From assembly GCA_046563655.1 (NCBI GenBank), contig CM102286.1, forward strand, positions 5,518,001 through 5,582,000: a DNA stretch of 64,000 nucleotides, given 5' to 3'. Under the pieces are notes generated by a model. That model made no database searches. It was not told the origin of the DNA and was given only the letters and a program-made list of their open reading frames with translations. The position numbers were made by a program, and so were the translations under genes. Below, piece after piece: positions 14,590 to 29,721 of the stretch. The DNA is from Yuukianura sp. NJ FZ-2021 (lineage: Eukaryota). Positions within the stretch are counted from its first letter, which is position 1. Each line of letters opens with the position of its first letter.

Positions 14590-14960
14590 GTCCCCCTTTT
14601 ATTGCTTTTGGAATAATTATGGTTTCTAGTATCGATTTCATCAAAACAGAAAAGAGAACAGAAAAACATGGTAACTCTTTTGTGAATTGGATTCAAAATG
14701 AGGGAAAGTCTGCCATTAAAAATTAACTTCCAGGATGTTTGTATCCTGGAGAAAACACTCTCATCCAGGCACTTTTGTTGTCCATGAACTTTGTTTAAGA
14801 TCTCTGTCTTCACTTGACCAACTGACATGACATGTAGGACGTGAGTTTAAACTTCCCTTGTCCCTCTCCATTGGACCACAATTACGTCATGTTCGTGTCA
14901 TCCGACTTGAAAGGCTTCTTGGTCATGTATTCTTCATCATTCAAGACACTCCTTGAAACA
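14590..14960 (-). mobile_element. Possible highly degraded Gypsy-like pol fragment (integrase zinc-binding region)
   Basis: TEILNKVHGQQKCLDESVF loosely resembles the EIL..LH.GHQG..KC..RARESV.W pattern of Gypsy integrase Zn domains; many stops nearby. Confidence 0.25.
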
Positions 14961-17900
14961 GCAGTCGTCTCGCCAACGTCTTAAGGTTTTGTTCCAGTGC
15001 CACTTCAGCAGCCTCAAGTTGCTCAAAAAATTTCAAGTAAAGTTGCCAACTCAAAAGCCTAAATTCATCCCAATTCTAAATTTAGTCCCTGGCCCATTTT
15101 CTTTTTAAAGCTTCTGGATTTGATTCAAAAAACCTTTTCAAACAAGCACTCAAAAAATTAACAAGGACTAAACGGAATTCTAAATGGCATTTGGAGGTCT
15201 AAGCCTAGCCTAACCTCAAGTCAAATGACTTTAAATGTTGAATATTCTGAACAAGCTAGAACTCCACTTCCTTAGCCTAAAACTTGCAGTCCAACTTTTC
15301 CTAAAACAAGCATCTGAAAGTTTGAAATTCGTCCAAAAACACTTTTCCGGGTAGAATCGGACGAGGACTGCCCTAGAGACTGTAATCTAAAGTGAGGGAC
15401 GCATTATCTGAAGAATTTTTAGGGAAAAAGCTAAGTACATTGAATCTGTATCTGCTGGATGGTTGAACTTTCCGTTTCGTTGTTTGCGTTGGAACGCGTG
15501 GATGAAGAAGGATCAGTTTAAAAATAGACTTGAGGGCAGGGGCAGATGAAGAAATTGAAAGAATCCAGAACCTCAGGAGACTTTAGAAACAAGTATCGTA
15601 GAAGTCTTCAATTCTATTGGACAAGAAGGATTTCGTGCAAGACTTCCAGAAGATGGATCCATCTTTGTCGTTTTTCTGGAAAGAAACGGAATAAGCCTCT
15701 CCGGAAACGAAGTTGCTATGTCGGAATCCAATTTCTGACGAAATAACTAAGAGCCATGGTCCACTGATCCTTTTCATGGAACAAATATCAATGACCAGCA
15801 AAGCGAAGGACTTCCACTTTGGCTTTCCCTGACTACAAGGCTTACCGAAAGTCATTTGTGACAAAGAAAATGTTTTAGGTTAAGTGAAAGCTTTCTTTTT
15901 ACGGCGACTCCCGTTCCACTTGTCATTGATTCGTCTGTCAAACTATTCAACTGGAAAGTAGTCCATAACCTTTGACACTCCATTAATCTCTGGCTACCCG
16001 CATTTTTTAGCCTAGAAGCATTTGCAACGCTCCAATTCTTCTCCAAACGTCAAACTAAACTTTTGCAACCAAAAGATCAAAGTTTCCTCACCACACGGTG
16101 TGCTAATTTCAAAAACATTTAGAAAAAATTGCGGAACCATCAACATCCCAGGAACCAAAAACTCGAAAACCTTCAGTGGATTGGATATGCAAAAAAAAGT
16201 TTGAGAATATTTTATTCGTTTGTGCTTCCCACAAATCAACTTCAAAATAAAATTAGAAAAAAAAAACGTTCCACTGCATATTAGTGTGCATAATCGTACG
16301 ATTCAAAAATACTGTCAAATTTATTCTTGGCTTGACTTTCAAAATTCAACATAAAAAGTTTTGGCAAATGATTTCAACATTATTTTTACTCCTCCTTTGG
16401 AATGTTTTTTTTTTATATCCTGCATGACAAGTGGAAGATGCCTTGACTTAAGTAATAAAAAGAAATATTTGACGTAAACAGCCAGCCTTAGGATATTTCC
16501 AAAAAGAAAACAGAGGCTGTGAAGAAGCCTGGTCTAATCGGGATTAGAACCGGAGTCCACTTGTTCTTTTTTTGTTAGCTTCGTCCATTGTTAAATTTCC
16601 AGCCGTAAAAGATACTGATCTTCAAGTGATCCTGCTATGTTTAATGCTTCTGTTCCTTCCAGAGCCTATTCTTTCTATGATTAAACTTAAGTCCAGAAGA
16701 AGGTGGACGAAGATTAACCACCGACTGACAAAACTTAAGCACAAAAAGCTTAGATACAGTCTTAAGAAAAGGAGACAATGAGAAGATAGCATTCCCAGGT
16801 GAGAAATTTTGTTTCCAGAATGCCAAAACCACACCTTAGTTTTCCAGTTTAGTTGGGCACTCCAAGTCTGTCTAACCTTCCCACACTTAATTCATCCGAC
16901 ATCTTCTTTGATATTCCTGTCTTGTTTAAAATCAAATGAGAAATAACAATCACGAAGGGCAGAGATCCCTCGGAGTCTTGTATTCAATTGATTAGACAAA
17001 GAATATCTGGACAAGGCCTTACGCATATTTGAATTTCAAACAAACCGGGCTTCTCTAGCCAGAGGATAAGCCTACAAGCGTTAAATTTCTTTTGATAGAT
17101 TAATGCATTTCAAAAACCATGACTAAAGCAATAAGGTGCCATAAGATGCTATGGTGTGTCAATGGTTATGAAATTTTAAAAGAATAGCCGGAAGTGTGAG
17201 GGTAAGTAAATTGAATATGTCTAAAAGAATAAAAAATATTAGCAGCAGAAGACATTAATTTTCTGTGAAAGCGTGACCTGTACAAACTGATGAATTTTAA
17301 ACGAAAATTCAAATCAAATTTTTCTTCTTCAAGCCAGAAAAAAGGAATTGACGTCAAACATTTACCATACTAACTTTTTATCTGCCTACAAAAGTAGTAA
17401 AACCGCTACAGTATTTTGTACCTTAAGTACCAGTTTCCATCCAATATTTCGGTTAAGATGACCTCAGAGGCCTTAAACCGTATGAATGTTTATACCTTAC
17501 TGCAGTTGCAGTTGCATGTTAAAACAATATAAATATTTATGAGTCAGAGACTGCAGGGATCACCCAGAATACCTACCCAAAACCCTGTGCAACATTCACA
17601 ACATTCACAATGTCATTCACGACATTCACAATTCCAGTAATTAACAAATATTCATGGGCGCAGTTGCATTGTTGACACGGTTATTCCATTAGTGAAGTGT
17701 GATCTCCTGGGATTACATAAGGAATGAAATGAGTCGCAATAAAAATTATATTTTGATGCGTTAATTACCCCCATTTTCGATTCAGCCCAAAATCCCCGAG
17801 AATTTTTGAAGGAGAAATGAAATGTTTCAAAATTTTAGATTTCAAAATCTAAAAAAAGTTCAAAGAAGGCATTATGTGTGACTGTTCCTGCTTCTGCGCC

Positions 17901-19559
17901 TATCTGTGCGTGTTGACCACTTATTGGACGACTGATGAATGATGATGATGGACGATATGGAAAGTGACAGACGGGGATAGTGGAAATAATGAGGGATATC
18001 CGTTCGCACAGGGCAAGAACTGACACAGGCTCCAATTTTCAAAAAACTTTTAACATTTGCTATATTTCTCGGTAAAGATTTTTGACACGCATAAACCATT
18101 TTCGCAGAATTCTTTTTGTTAACAAAGAGCTCACATTTTATGCGGAACAAAAAATGTTCTTGGTATGCTCGCTGCTTAAGTGCAGATTTGAAAATTTTAA
18201 CAATGCACGAGTTAAAGCTCTTTAAAAGATTTACAGTCTTTGAGCAAATGTGCGGAATTCGCCATCGGCAAACTTTGATCTTGCCGAGGAAAGAAGTGAC
18301 AGTGAGCTTTCAATTGTTTCCAAATCAGATAGCACTTCTTCCGTCTTTGTTTTATGTCTCATGCCACTAAAACGTTTTCTTCCATCAATAACCGCCATTG
18401 TAAACTGCTAAGCAAAGAGCATCATCGTTAACAACTCTTTTTCTTTTTGCTTATTCCTTCTCCTCGTTCTTTACTTTCAAACAAAACAAAGTGTGAGCAT
18501 TTAAAATTACTGCCAATCCATTACCGCCTTCAAACATTTCTGAATCTCTTGCAATTAGTTTTGCAGACGCTAAAACAAGGACGCTCCATTCATCTCCGTC
18601 TGTCTCAGTTTACGATGAAGCAATTTTGAATTATTGTTGTCCCATTAACAGGTCAATGGCAGCACAACCATTTGAAATTACACACTTCCACTGCCCATAA
18701 CTAACAAACGAGAAATACATACTCTTATTTTTATTATAATTTTTTAATGCTTTTGGCAATGTGAAATAATGAATGATCATTATGAGTGACTCGCCTCTTG
18801 AAATTCAAAAAACGATTAACTATAAGTTTTTCCTGTGTGTTTTTATGATTAGATCAAAACTTTTACCTCCAACATTCCACGCTTACAAAACAAATTGAAC
18901 GTGCAAGAAGAACGAAACCAGTTACATTTAAATACTTAAGATATCTTAGTTAAAACAATGCAATTTACATACAAATCGATCCAGTATTTAATTACTACAC
19001 TAAGACGTGAGAAAAACCTCCCTCTTCAGCGTAGGCAAAACATCGTAACATAAATCAAGGATCAGCAACATAAACATATTTCAAGTCGAATAGCCTATGC
19101 AACCAATTCTCGCTCAATAAAGTCAAACCAGCTCAATAAAGTCAAACCAATTGGAAATAGAGTTTGGAAAAAATATCGTTTTTCGATAGCACAAAAAAAC
19201 GAGCATTAGAAAGTATCGAGCACCACAATTTTGTTGACAAATTCAAGTCAAGTTGCCTATCGATCTACCAAAATACAATAATTTCTGTCTCAGAAACTAT
19301 ATGACCTCATTTTTTCTTGGAAAATGTTTCGAAAATACATTTGCAGTGAAATGCAATGTTTGTGTTCGCGGGATCTAAGAAGATAACCTTTGCAGTGATC
19401 TGGGGAGATGACATTTTGCAAATGACGATGATACGATGGCGGCGCAGTTTGAAATGATGCTTCTAGCCGAGAGCCAAAAGGCACGGAACGCGACACGCCC
19501 TTTTCAAGGTGATGTTTATACTGCTAACGTCTCTGGAGGCTTTCAATCTAACATAGTAA

Positions 19560-20300
19560 GGAGTCCTTGGAATCAGTTTCTTTTATGTCCAGAGTCGATA
19601 AGATCAAGGACATTTCCTTACCATTTACCTTATAAGAGTCTTAATATCAAGGACTTCGATTTCCGACTTTTCCCTAACATGCATTTACTTTTAGCTTTAG
19701 GTTATTAGGTTGAACGTGTCTCGGCATTTGTGAAACAGTCTAGAGGCATTTCGATACTCGAATGTCGTCACTTAGAGCACGAGAAATCCCAGACTCTGAC
19801 TTAAGTGTCATCAATTTTATTCCCCCTTTGAGCTGGAAGATGCGGGGCTGAATGCTTGATTTCTCACCCTCCTCGAAAGTTTCAAGGCTCCAAGAACTGT
19901 GTTTCTGTCTGTCACTTTTCCTGTTAGATCCTCTCTGAAAATTCATTAGGAAGTTGAGATGATGGGGATAATGATCTTTGAAATAGAATGGGATCTTGAA
20001 TATACTACAGTAGTCACAGGGGAAATACATCATACGAGATTCGTCAATTTCGAATCGAGAGTGGGGAATTGAAAGATGGAGACGATGGAGATGATGATGT
20101 TGTGAACAGGGTTTGTGGAAGGGGGAGGAAAATGGATCAAAGCATTTCTGTTCAAACGAGAAGAATAGACAGGGCATTTGTTTTTGAAGAAGCTTCCAAG
20201 ACTTGTCCAAAGTTCACCCTAGCTCCCATCCCTCTCAAAACAGGGTTCATTTGTACCCGTCGGAATTCGGGTTCTGCGGGTGATAAAACTTAAGGTTAGG
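19560..20300 (-). mobile_element. Possible degraded LTR-retrotransposon gag/protease remnant
   Basis: Minus strand near 19590-19640 reads KVNGKEM then, frameshifted, LIDSG, like a retropepsin active-site context; preceded by a Ser/Pro-rich stop-riddled segment. Confidence 0.3.
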
Positions 20301-23300
20301 AATACAAAATTTTGTTGGAATTTTTAACTCTACTCTGACTTTCCGATGTCACCTTTGTGCAGATTTCAAAAATTTGCAATTGATTTTTGAATTTATTTTT
20401 CGTTTAACCTTTGACCTCCGCTCTTTCAGTTGCCCATCAGAAATGACTGGGCATTGGATCTGCCTTGGTTGGATCTGCTCCCGCATCTTCTAGCTCATCT
20501 CACTCTGTCTAAAATCAATTCAAAACTTTTCATCTGATGCATCGGAGTCTTCTGGAAGCCAACTCACCCTCCTCGTACTAATATCCCATCAGCCAGTGCC
20601 TAACTTAATCAACCCTAAAGTTATTGCAAATGTAAACCTATTTTGACTCACGCTTGACTGGAAAAGGCATACATTCTGGCCCTTGATCTTTGAAATGTTT
20701 GATACATTAGTCCCTCTTCGATTCTAGATTGATAGCCTAACATTACAAAATCAATCCATTTAAAATATAACTCTCCTGATACATCTGATGCTCAAGAAAT
20801 AAGAAAGGTTTGAAAAGTGGCGCTACTATAACGAATTCCAGAAGAGTCGAAAGCAACCCACTATTTGGAAAATAACGAAGGACAATCCATAAATTCTCGG
20901 ACGCTCTTCAGGGAGTCCTGGAGGAAATGAAAGCTGTTCAGTGTTTTCTTGGCTTCGGCAGTGTAGTACTACTAGTCGTGTACTGTATCAAACCCATTCG
21001 TGAAATTGCCAACCCGAATCAGATTGCTCTATAAATCTTCAAATCCCATCAACTAAACAGACCCATATCGAAGCTTTTTCATTTCGAAATAAGATTTTTT
21101 GAAAAGATTATTTTCAGATCCATTTGTCTAGGCGAAATGTTCCATTGAAATCAGATACTTTTTGTTGACTGTAATAAAAAGAATTCTCCTTGTTTTGACT
21201 GTTTTCTAAAATAATTGAGCAAAAAATTGCAATTTGCAGGGTGTACTTAAGCTGTTTCAAAAGGCTTTGGAAAAGGATCAACTTTCAACAGCAGGGACAT
21301 TTTCATAATGGGCACTTAAAACCAAAACTTAAAATTTTTAGAGACAGGACCAAACCCTGGATCGCCTTTTTCAAAAAGTTGTTTAAAATTTTGTTCTTCC
21401 AGGACTCTGGAATGTCGTACACAGTGACAAATCAAAGGGAGAGACTACTTTTGTTCATTGTTTTAAAACACAATGAGCATAGTTTTGAAAACATAAGAAA
21501 AGTAGTTGAATCTTTCAGCAGAGATGTTTATCATTCGATCTAAAGCAACTTATCAAAGCCACATCCAGTTTCACCGCATTTCTGCACAATGTCAACTGTC
21601 AACCGCAAAAAATTATGTTAGACAACGACCAACATTAGTAAAAAAAAGCACAAACAAAAAATAACAATGCTGCATAATGCACCGTCATGCACCAGTTGCA
21701 GTTCCTACAATCACAAAAAGTCATCTACAAAAATTCTTTACTTTTTACACATTTTTATAAAAACTTAAAAATATAATTTAGCAACAACAAAATTATGACT
21801 AAGTTGAATAAATCACAACAGTGTGCCTTTTGATACATAGTCAAATAAATCTTAACGCTTGCCGACAAAGAGTGTAAAAAACTCATTACTTTTTCAAAAG
21901 GTAACTCACAGACTCAGGAATTTAAAAGTTATGCCTTTTGGCATAAATTGGCAGACACTTGGACTAGAGCCGAATAATTGTAAAGGCCCGAGTGACGAAA
22001 AACGTAAATATGGCTTTTCAAACCTCCAATTTTGAAGGAAAAAGTATCTGTTTCTTGAACCGTGCAAAAAACGGTGAGCATTCCATATCTTTATTTTCTC
22101 TTCCGGGTACAAAGGAAAACACGGAACTCTCGGTCGTGTTTTTGCCAATTTTTCACCGGGACAGATGTGATAAGTGTACGTGCGTCGCGGTGTAAAAATC
22201 CAAAATTACACATGCAGTAAACCTCTTTCTGTTTAGAACAGATTAGGAGTTTAGATTTTAGTAAATACCTTTTACTACTATGTTCTGCTCCTGTCTAACA
22301 ACAAGAAAGATGGAACTGGATTTTCTACGGTGAAATACAAAGAAGAAAAGCCGTTTGTCACAATTAACTTTCAGTTATGTAAACTTCACTGGCCTACTTT
22401 CTGTTACTTCCTGCTTTGTTTCGGGCATGTGCCCATATTGGTTTTGGCGCTTGGATTTGAAAAAATATGGTTTCGTCCTTACACAATGCCATCAAATTTG
22501 AGTCTATACCTTTTCCCAGTTGTTATCCGAGGAACATAAGGCTAGAATCTAGAATTTCATGATTTTTTTGAGTTAGGTATTGTTTCGGCGAAAAAGTAGG
22601 TTTTTGGCTCGGAAAGCGATTTCTGAGTATATCTGTAATTACTGCGCTTTTATGGCTTCGTTCAAACAACAACTGATCCATTTCCGCCCAGGGATTAATG
22701 GAAACAGGTTTTTGGCAAACTCCAAACTACCCGCCTACTCTATCTTTTTTGCCATTTTCAGCTTGCAAAAAATGAGCAAGCTGCCGCCCAAAATCAGCTA
22801 AATCGTGCAAATAGAAAATCTACATCCATCCATTACTTTTCCAATCAACTGTCTCCAGGGAGAAAGCTTTTCCGAAGCTCCACGTGTGAATCACTGCTAC
22901 TAGTCCTGTACACTTCCTGTTTGCTCAAAAATTAAGTACGTACAGACCTGAGCCAAGATTAGCTTTTTCTCATTTTTTCATGCGTATGCTTATGCACACG
23001 CTCTTATTTTGAATATTCCCTCTCCGTAAGCAGCTAGCGCTAAAAGGTTATTTACCTTTTGGAAAGTGTAGACTGATTGAAAACATGCAGAAAATTTACG
23101 CTGCTCCCTACACTGAAAACACGGATGAAACGCCTTATCTATTTCAATGGAAAATGGTAAAGCAAATTTTAGATTAGATTTTCAGGGAAAAAGTAATTTA
23201 GATGTCTACTGAAAATAAAAATGCAGTCGAAGCTACCCGGCTCTTTTAAGAACTTTTCGCATCTTTCCAATTCCAAGCTTCCGACTTCTATCTCCAGGCA

Positions 23301-26300
23301 ACTTTATTTTTTTTGTAGCAGGAAGAAAGTCGACGGATATTTTAGTTGTTTCCTCCCCCTCCCTTTCCATAAAATCGATTTCCCAAGCCACTACACGAGT
23401 AAAACTTTTTTCGCTGGTGAAAGCTTCGTAGTATCGCTGTTGACGAAAATCCGGAAAAGAAAATTCTTTCCCGCCCTAACTTTGTCAGAATGTTGTAAGT
23501 GGCTGAAATGGGGCTAAAATTCTGTAAGCTCCGCAAGAGCAACCCATGGCATCAACAATTCAACTTTCCTCGTTTTCCAGAAATAACTGACAGGAACTGA
23601 CTAACGGGGAAAATCCAGTCTTGAAATGATGTGGTCGTATGTGGTAGCTTTCGCGGTATGTTTACACGTACATCGTGGAATGAAGTCCACGTGCGTAGAT
23701 GACGTTTGTCGAAGTTTGGTGAAAACACGGTGAACTACAAAATATCATGAAAAACTCTACATTACAACATTAGTAGTCGTGGAATGCTAAGAATATTAAC
23801 TCATTTTAACCATTATTTTCGTTTCGGTGGGAATCTTTCTGGAAAATTTTCACTTTTTTGGTCGAAATTTTGGAGGCTACCACTTAGCAAGCTGCAAACT
23901 GCAACTGTCCGCATTACGTGCTGTGCAGTGGGAAAAGTAAGATATGTTATGACTTTGTTCCAAATGTTTTCTTGGGGGAAAGTTGTCATGTACTCGGTTT
24001 ATAGTTTCTCCCTCCAACTTTCACCCGGAGAACACAAAGAAGGGTTTATTCCCCCTAAAAAAATATTTCTGCACTTAAGTGACTTTGGTCACGTAAATTG
24101 ATTAAAAAATCTTTAGATTACTAAGTTTGTATTACTTAGCACAAAAAAGTGGGAAAAATTAAGTACACAAAAACAAAAGATGAACAGTCTTGGGCGTTAA
24201 TTATGGCAAGCAAATGGATACACAAGTTGCAAATGCCACTTTTTAAAAAGTATACAAAAGAAAAGCACTTGTTGCCAGGTCGTAGTTTTTGTGCTTTTGT
24301 TTTACTTTTTTGTTTCTAAAATACGATGGAGTTTGTTCAGAAAGACAGTAATGGCGGAGAAGAGTTACGGCGGGAAAAGCACTCTTAAAAAAGTCTTTCA
24401 AGGATTGAGTAATAAAGATACTACATACAATAGGGGCTGAGTTGTAAGATTGCTTTTCCTACCCTACCTTAACCATGAGAAACAATGCCGGACCAAGTAC
24501 CCTTTTAGCCCAACAACGGCGTCTCATCAAGGACCGCATGAATGGAATCCTTTGCGCCATAAATTCATCAGACACTGGTGGTATTCTACTGGCAGCTTTG
24601 TATACTAGAGAAAATCTAACCTTAACCTTAGTGAGGGGACAAACGGAAACTACGGCACAAGATTTATGAAAGACAAAGTTTCGGTTGTGTAGACTTTCAC
24701 GTTCTCACGAAATACGACAAAAAAGCCGTCGGATTGAAGAAAACCGCCAAGATTCAAAATCGGTTTTGTTAGGAATCACTTTCGAATTTCAAAATTTAAG
24801 GTGCAATTTCAAAAAACTTTCCAAATTCCACAACTTAAGTATCGTTCTGGTTGACTGAAGAAGTTGACAGATGCTGAAGATGCTGAAGAAGTTTAAGAAC
24901 AACATGGAAGATGAGTCATAGACATGGACCCTCTCTATTCGAATTCTTATGACAGACACCCTATTCCCCTGTCATGTCAGATATGAAGTCCTGGATAACG
25001 GAGACGCACTCTGGATGGTGGACGTTCCATTTGGACCAATTCAGTCTGTCATTATGATCTGCTAATAAATTGTGGATTTGGTACGGCCGTTCAGCCTCCC
25101 TTGGAACGTGGGCATGCTGGATAGCCCATTTCTACAAATCCAGTTCACTTTGTTCAGTGAAGTGGATGAGGACATGAACCTTAGCCATGTCACTTTCAGA
25201 CTTGACTTAATCCTGTTACATAATCGTCACAATGAGGCAAGGCACAACCAAATAAATTACAGGCACGATTCCCACTAACTAATCTTCTTCACACCAGTTT
25301 CAGAATCAGTTCAAAAGTATACTGGAAAAGTATATAGCCTTAGGACCTATGTCTACGCTATGTGTTGAAGATTATGATTCAACAAAATTTTGAAAACAAT
25401 TCTCATTCCCACTCCCTGGGAGCAGCCCAAAGCCGCCGTCACGGTTGATCATCCAGAATATTAGAAAATGGTGGGCTGGCAGATGATGTCATGTCTAATT
25501 TTAACATCTCAATGTACATACCCTATGTTTTCTAGTCTGGAAACAAATAGTGCAACCAGTGCTCATAAATAAAAGAATGGAGCAGCAGTATTGTGACTCA
25601 AAGGTATCCGGTTTTGAATTATTTACGATTCTGTTCTAAGAAAAACTTATTCTAAAAATTTAGAATATAGGATTCAGTAGATTTCAAAAGTATTAAATTC
25701 GGAGGAAGTGAAGTTGCCAGGCTAGACGAAAAACGAACAATGAAAATGCCACGCGAGGGAGAAATGAATTTGTCGCTTCCGCTTTCAGCGGTGCAATGGC
25801 CTCGGAATCTTAAATCTTAGGAGGATGCTGTAGCTCCTTCCATTTTTCAAACAGAGGCGCCCTGAGGTTTCATTGGACATTCCTCAGTCATGATTTGGCA
25901 AAGATTCAAATATACTAAAACGGATGCACAGGAACAGGACGGAAATTCGGCAGATGCAGGATGGAGTTTCTCAAATTTCGCACATTAGGAACTTACGACT
26001 ATGCAAAAACTCAAAACTCAATTCAAAAATTTATTTGCCTAGGGAAAATCGCAAGTTAAAGTTAAAAAGTATGTTAACGGACAATTAGAAGCTTCACAAA
26101 GAGTCAATACGACTGGTAATAATGCTCAGCGAATAACTGATTTCAAGGATTGCAAATTTTCGAATGTTTCAAAGTAGCGACGCAGCAACCCTCAACACCT
26201 ATGTTAATAATTAAAACAAACAAGGAGGTAAAGTTCCTTGCGAAAATGATGAATTAGCACGAATATGTAGCACACTTCAACACTTTTCCAAAATGTCAAA

Positions 26301-29300
26301 GTCATTAGCGTTAAGTAAATACACTGAAGTGGTTTCACATGTAAAGTCATCGAATAGTATAATTTGTGCAAATACTTCACTCTTAAGTTTTAACTACTGC
26401 GTGGCTACGCAGCTACTCAGCCTCCAGCGCCAGTGTAGAATCTCTTCTTGATCAAAATTTATTCATGCGTAGCTGGAAACACAGCTTTGTTGCCAATATC
26501 CAATTAGGAGTCATGCATATTCCAGACTCTGGAGAATGTTTCGGTGTACTAAGGTGTGGTCTTCTGAATTAATCAACTCACCTGACAGGGATAAGAAAGG
26601 TTTATCACTCTGTAGCATCTTATGCGTCTGCGTATATCAGTCTGTACCCTGTTCTGCGTCTGTGTATAGACCAAGGGCCTCCAAGTCCACTAGTAATTCC
26701 CTTGACAGTTGATACTTTGACACCAGTACAATGCAGTTCCCCCTGTCTGCATTGTAACAATGGCTTAGGAGGGGTAAAAGGTCAAGCGAGTTGGAAGTTT
26801 GCCTGTAGCAAGAACTGCATGCGGGGCGGCCCTTTCAATTGTTAGTTTCTGTCGGTACGAAAACTTTTCAGGATTTTCATTAGGTTTGAGAACCTTCCAG
26901 AAAAAAAATGAAAAGGTAAGCTGGAAACGTGGTGCAAAGGTACATTTTTTCGTTGTACTTTTTTTGAAAGGTCATGAAATATTTTGCCAACCGTATCTGC
27001 ATCATCGTGTATTTTTTGAATTGAGAGTTGAGTCAGCAAACCTGTCATAATTAATTTTTTGGTGGTAGCGGATAATGTATAACTCTACAAGTAGAAATTT
27101 ATCTGTTTACAATGTCAAAAATTTCATTTTGGAAAGTTCATGTCTCTGCTACTCCACCCAAAATTTTGAATTAAAATTTTCCGCCTAAATACTTCACTTC
27201 TGATTCATCTCTGGATATAACCTGGCAAACATCAACGTTAGAATTCTCGATTCAAAACAGAATTCAGAGGCATGCCTTCATGTTCAATGTTCTGCATCAC
27301 GCAGCTTCAACAAAAGTGTAAACTATGGGAACTATGTCCGAAAGATTTTTAAAACTAACAATAGACACCCTACCTGGCTACAGGGCAGGATAACATTTTC
27401 AACAAAAATATTTTCTTTCCGTGAAACATTTTCGAAAAACCTTTTTCCAAAAAACTGGCAACATAATTCTCTGTAAATCTAACCTTCGGGATGTGATTTC
27501 TATCACGGCATGTTTTTCTCTCAACGCACCTCCAATCTCTTCGAAATCTGAATCTGCACAGCAAATGAATCTTTGCGCTCCTTTTTTAGTTTTTGTGGCA
27601 CTCGAAGCCTCTTGATTCAAAAAAAGAACATTTTTGGGGTAAACAAAGGCTGTGAAGGGTGAACAATTTCCAAAATTGGAAACATTTTCGAGTTGTAGCT
27701 CAGATTCAAATCACAAAATGAACAATTGACTTGCTCTTTTTCGGTGTTATGTTTTGAAGGGATAGTCTATTATTGGAGTCCCTTAAAAAAGGCTACATGT
27801 CTGTCGCTTCCTATTAGTTCACTTCATTCAACAGCAGAAGCCTTAGATTACAATCAGCCAATTCAACTGATTGATCTTTTCAGGGAAGGTGAAAGGCAGA
27901 TGCGTGCTTAGGCACATTCAGTTCAAACTTACACGCGTAAATATAAGCCGTTACGCCGGTATACGCGTACTGCGTATACGCATAGTGATAAATATAGAAA
28001 AATCAAAGCCATTTTGTATAACATTTGTACATTTGAGGAAATGGGAATCTAATTCGAAGAACAATGTTCCCGAAGGGGGCTCTCACACGAAATGTCTGTC
28101 ATGGATGCCAAAATAAACGGAGTACATTTGTTTCAAGAATCAACAGTAAGATCTATTTCAATCTCACGCGTGTGCGTGAAACGTCTGTGTGACATGTCTT
28201 TTGCACACATAAAAAAGACAACTGAAATGTTGACGAAAATAAATGAAACCAGAAGTCGGCACGCAGCACGTAGCGCCAATGCCACAAACATGTAAAACTT
28301 CTTTAAAATTCAAAATTTCGGTTGCGAAACAACAACAATTGCATTTCACGCACAAGAATTTTAAAAGAAAAAAAAACAAGTTTTATATGCAACTGGCCTC
28401 TCAACTGCAAAGATGCAGTAGCATTAATCTTCAAATTCAATCAACACGCAAATCTCCTGCAGCACTTTGCTAATTCTAATTAATACAGAAAAACAATAAT
28501 ATTTGTTCCCTGCGTGCAGAAAATTGCAGGTTTTGCACAGCAGTGCAGACTTGGCGTCGTCACGCATTTCTAACTCGCCAAACACTGCAACAAACCATCA
28601 CTATCACCCTCCAGCATTACACCCATCTGTCAAATATATTTATTCAATTACTCCTTCTGTCAAGCCTTTCATGTCAATTCTATTTTAAAAATCCCTCTCT
28701 GGACTACAAACCAAACCAATGCCTAAATTGAACCAGAGCACAGTTTCAGAGGGCATTCAACCGAAATCTAGAACTTACAAAAACCAGAATCAGGGTGGAG
28801 CACAACTCTCATCTCCTGCTCCTGTCGTTTTCATTTCCATCTCTACTAAATTACAATGTTTACATCCGTACTACACTTCAAATCATCATCACTATGCCGG
28901 AATACTGTTGGGAGACTCATCTGCACTTGTTTTTTCGTTTTTTGAACTTTAATGATCAGGTCGAGTAGACTTTTGCCAAAATTACATGAATAGAGGCGTG
29001 TGTATTCCAATGGGATGCTGCGTGTAGGATATCAAAACAAATTTCATTCACATCATCATCGCCCAGCATCCACATAAGGGTGGTCTTTGAAATTCAAATC
29101 CTGTTGCTGCACTAGTTGCAAAAAAGAAACATTGAGATTGGTTTCGCTTCTCAAAAATTTTGCTATGAATATTAATTATTATGCTCTCCTGATTGTTGTT
29201 TTTGTGTTGGAATAATTTTAAAAGTCAGTTTGAACTGAAAATGTTAATAGGAATTCAAAAACATGTTATCATTCCCATCCAACGTGTTCAAACAACTTTT

Positions 29301-29721
29301 TGAATTATAATTGGCCATTGATTTTTCTAGTGTAGTAATGCATAGCGCATGAATCAATTCGAAACAATTGAAACTCAAAATGTTCATTTCTTCATTTCAA
29401 AAACCAAAAAAAAAAAAATGAAAAATTTATGTTTGTAAAGCGTTTTCTATTGATCTCCATTCGGCTTAAAATTTACGATCTATGATTCATTCGCTGAAGA
29501 ATTGCTGAACAAACAAAATTTCGAAATTAGTAGCTTAAATTTCAACGACGAACAAAATCTAATATACTGAAACCAGTTGTGCTGACTGTGCGTTAGTTAT
29601 AAAATTAGTGTAGATTTTTAATGATTTAACAACAATTGTTGATGAAAAGTTAATAAACCATAATTATTAGACTGTTAATGCTACATTTACTGGTGTAAGC
29701 GATGCATAAGATGGTTTGAGT

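Noticed and set aside
17590..19150. Short local duplications (acattcaca repeats near 17591-17631; gctcaataaagtcaaacca twice near 19112-19150)
   Set aside because: Ordinary slippage duplications with no further structure.
20960..27400. Many 60-105 aa ORFs in the gene-poor interval
   Set aside because: No recognisable domains or consistent splice chains; probably old TE debris or chance ORFs.
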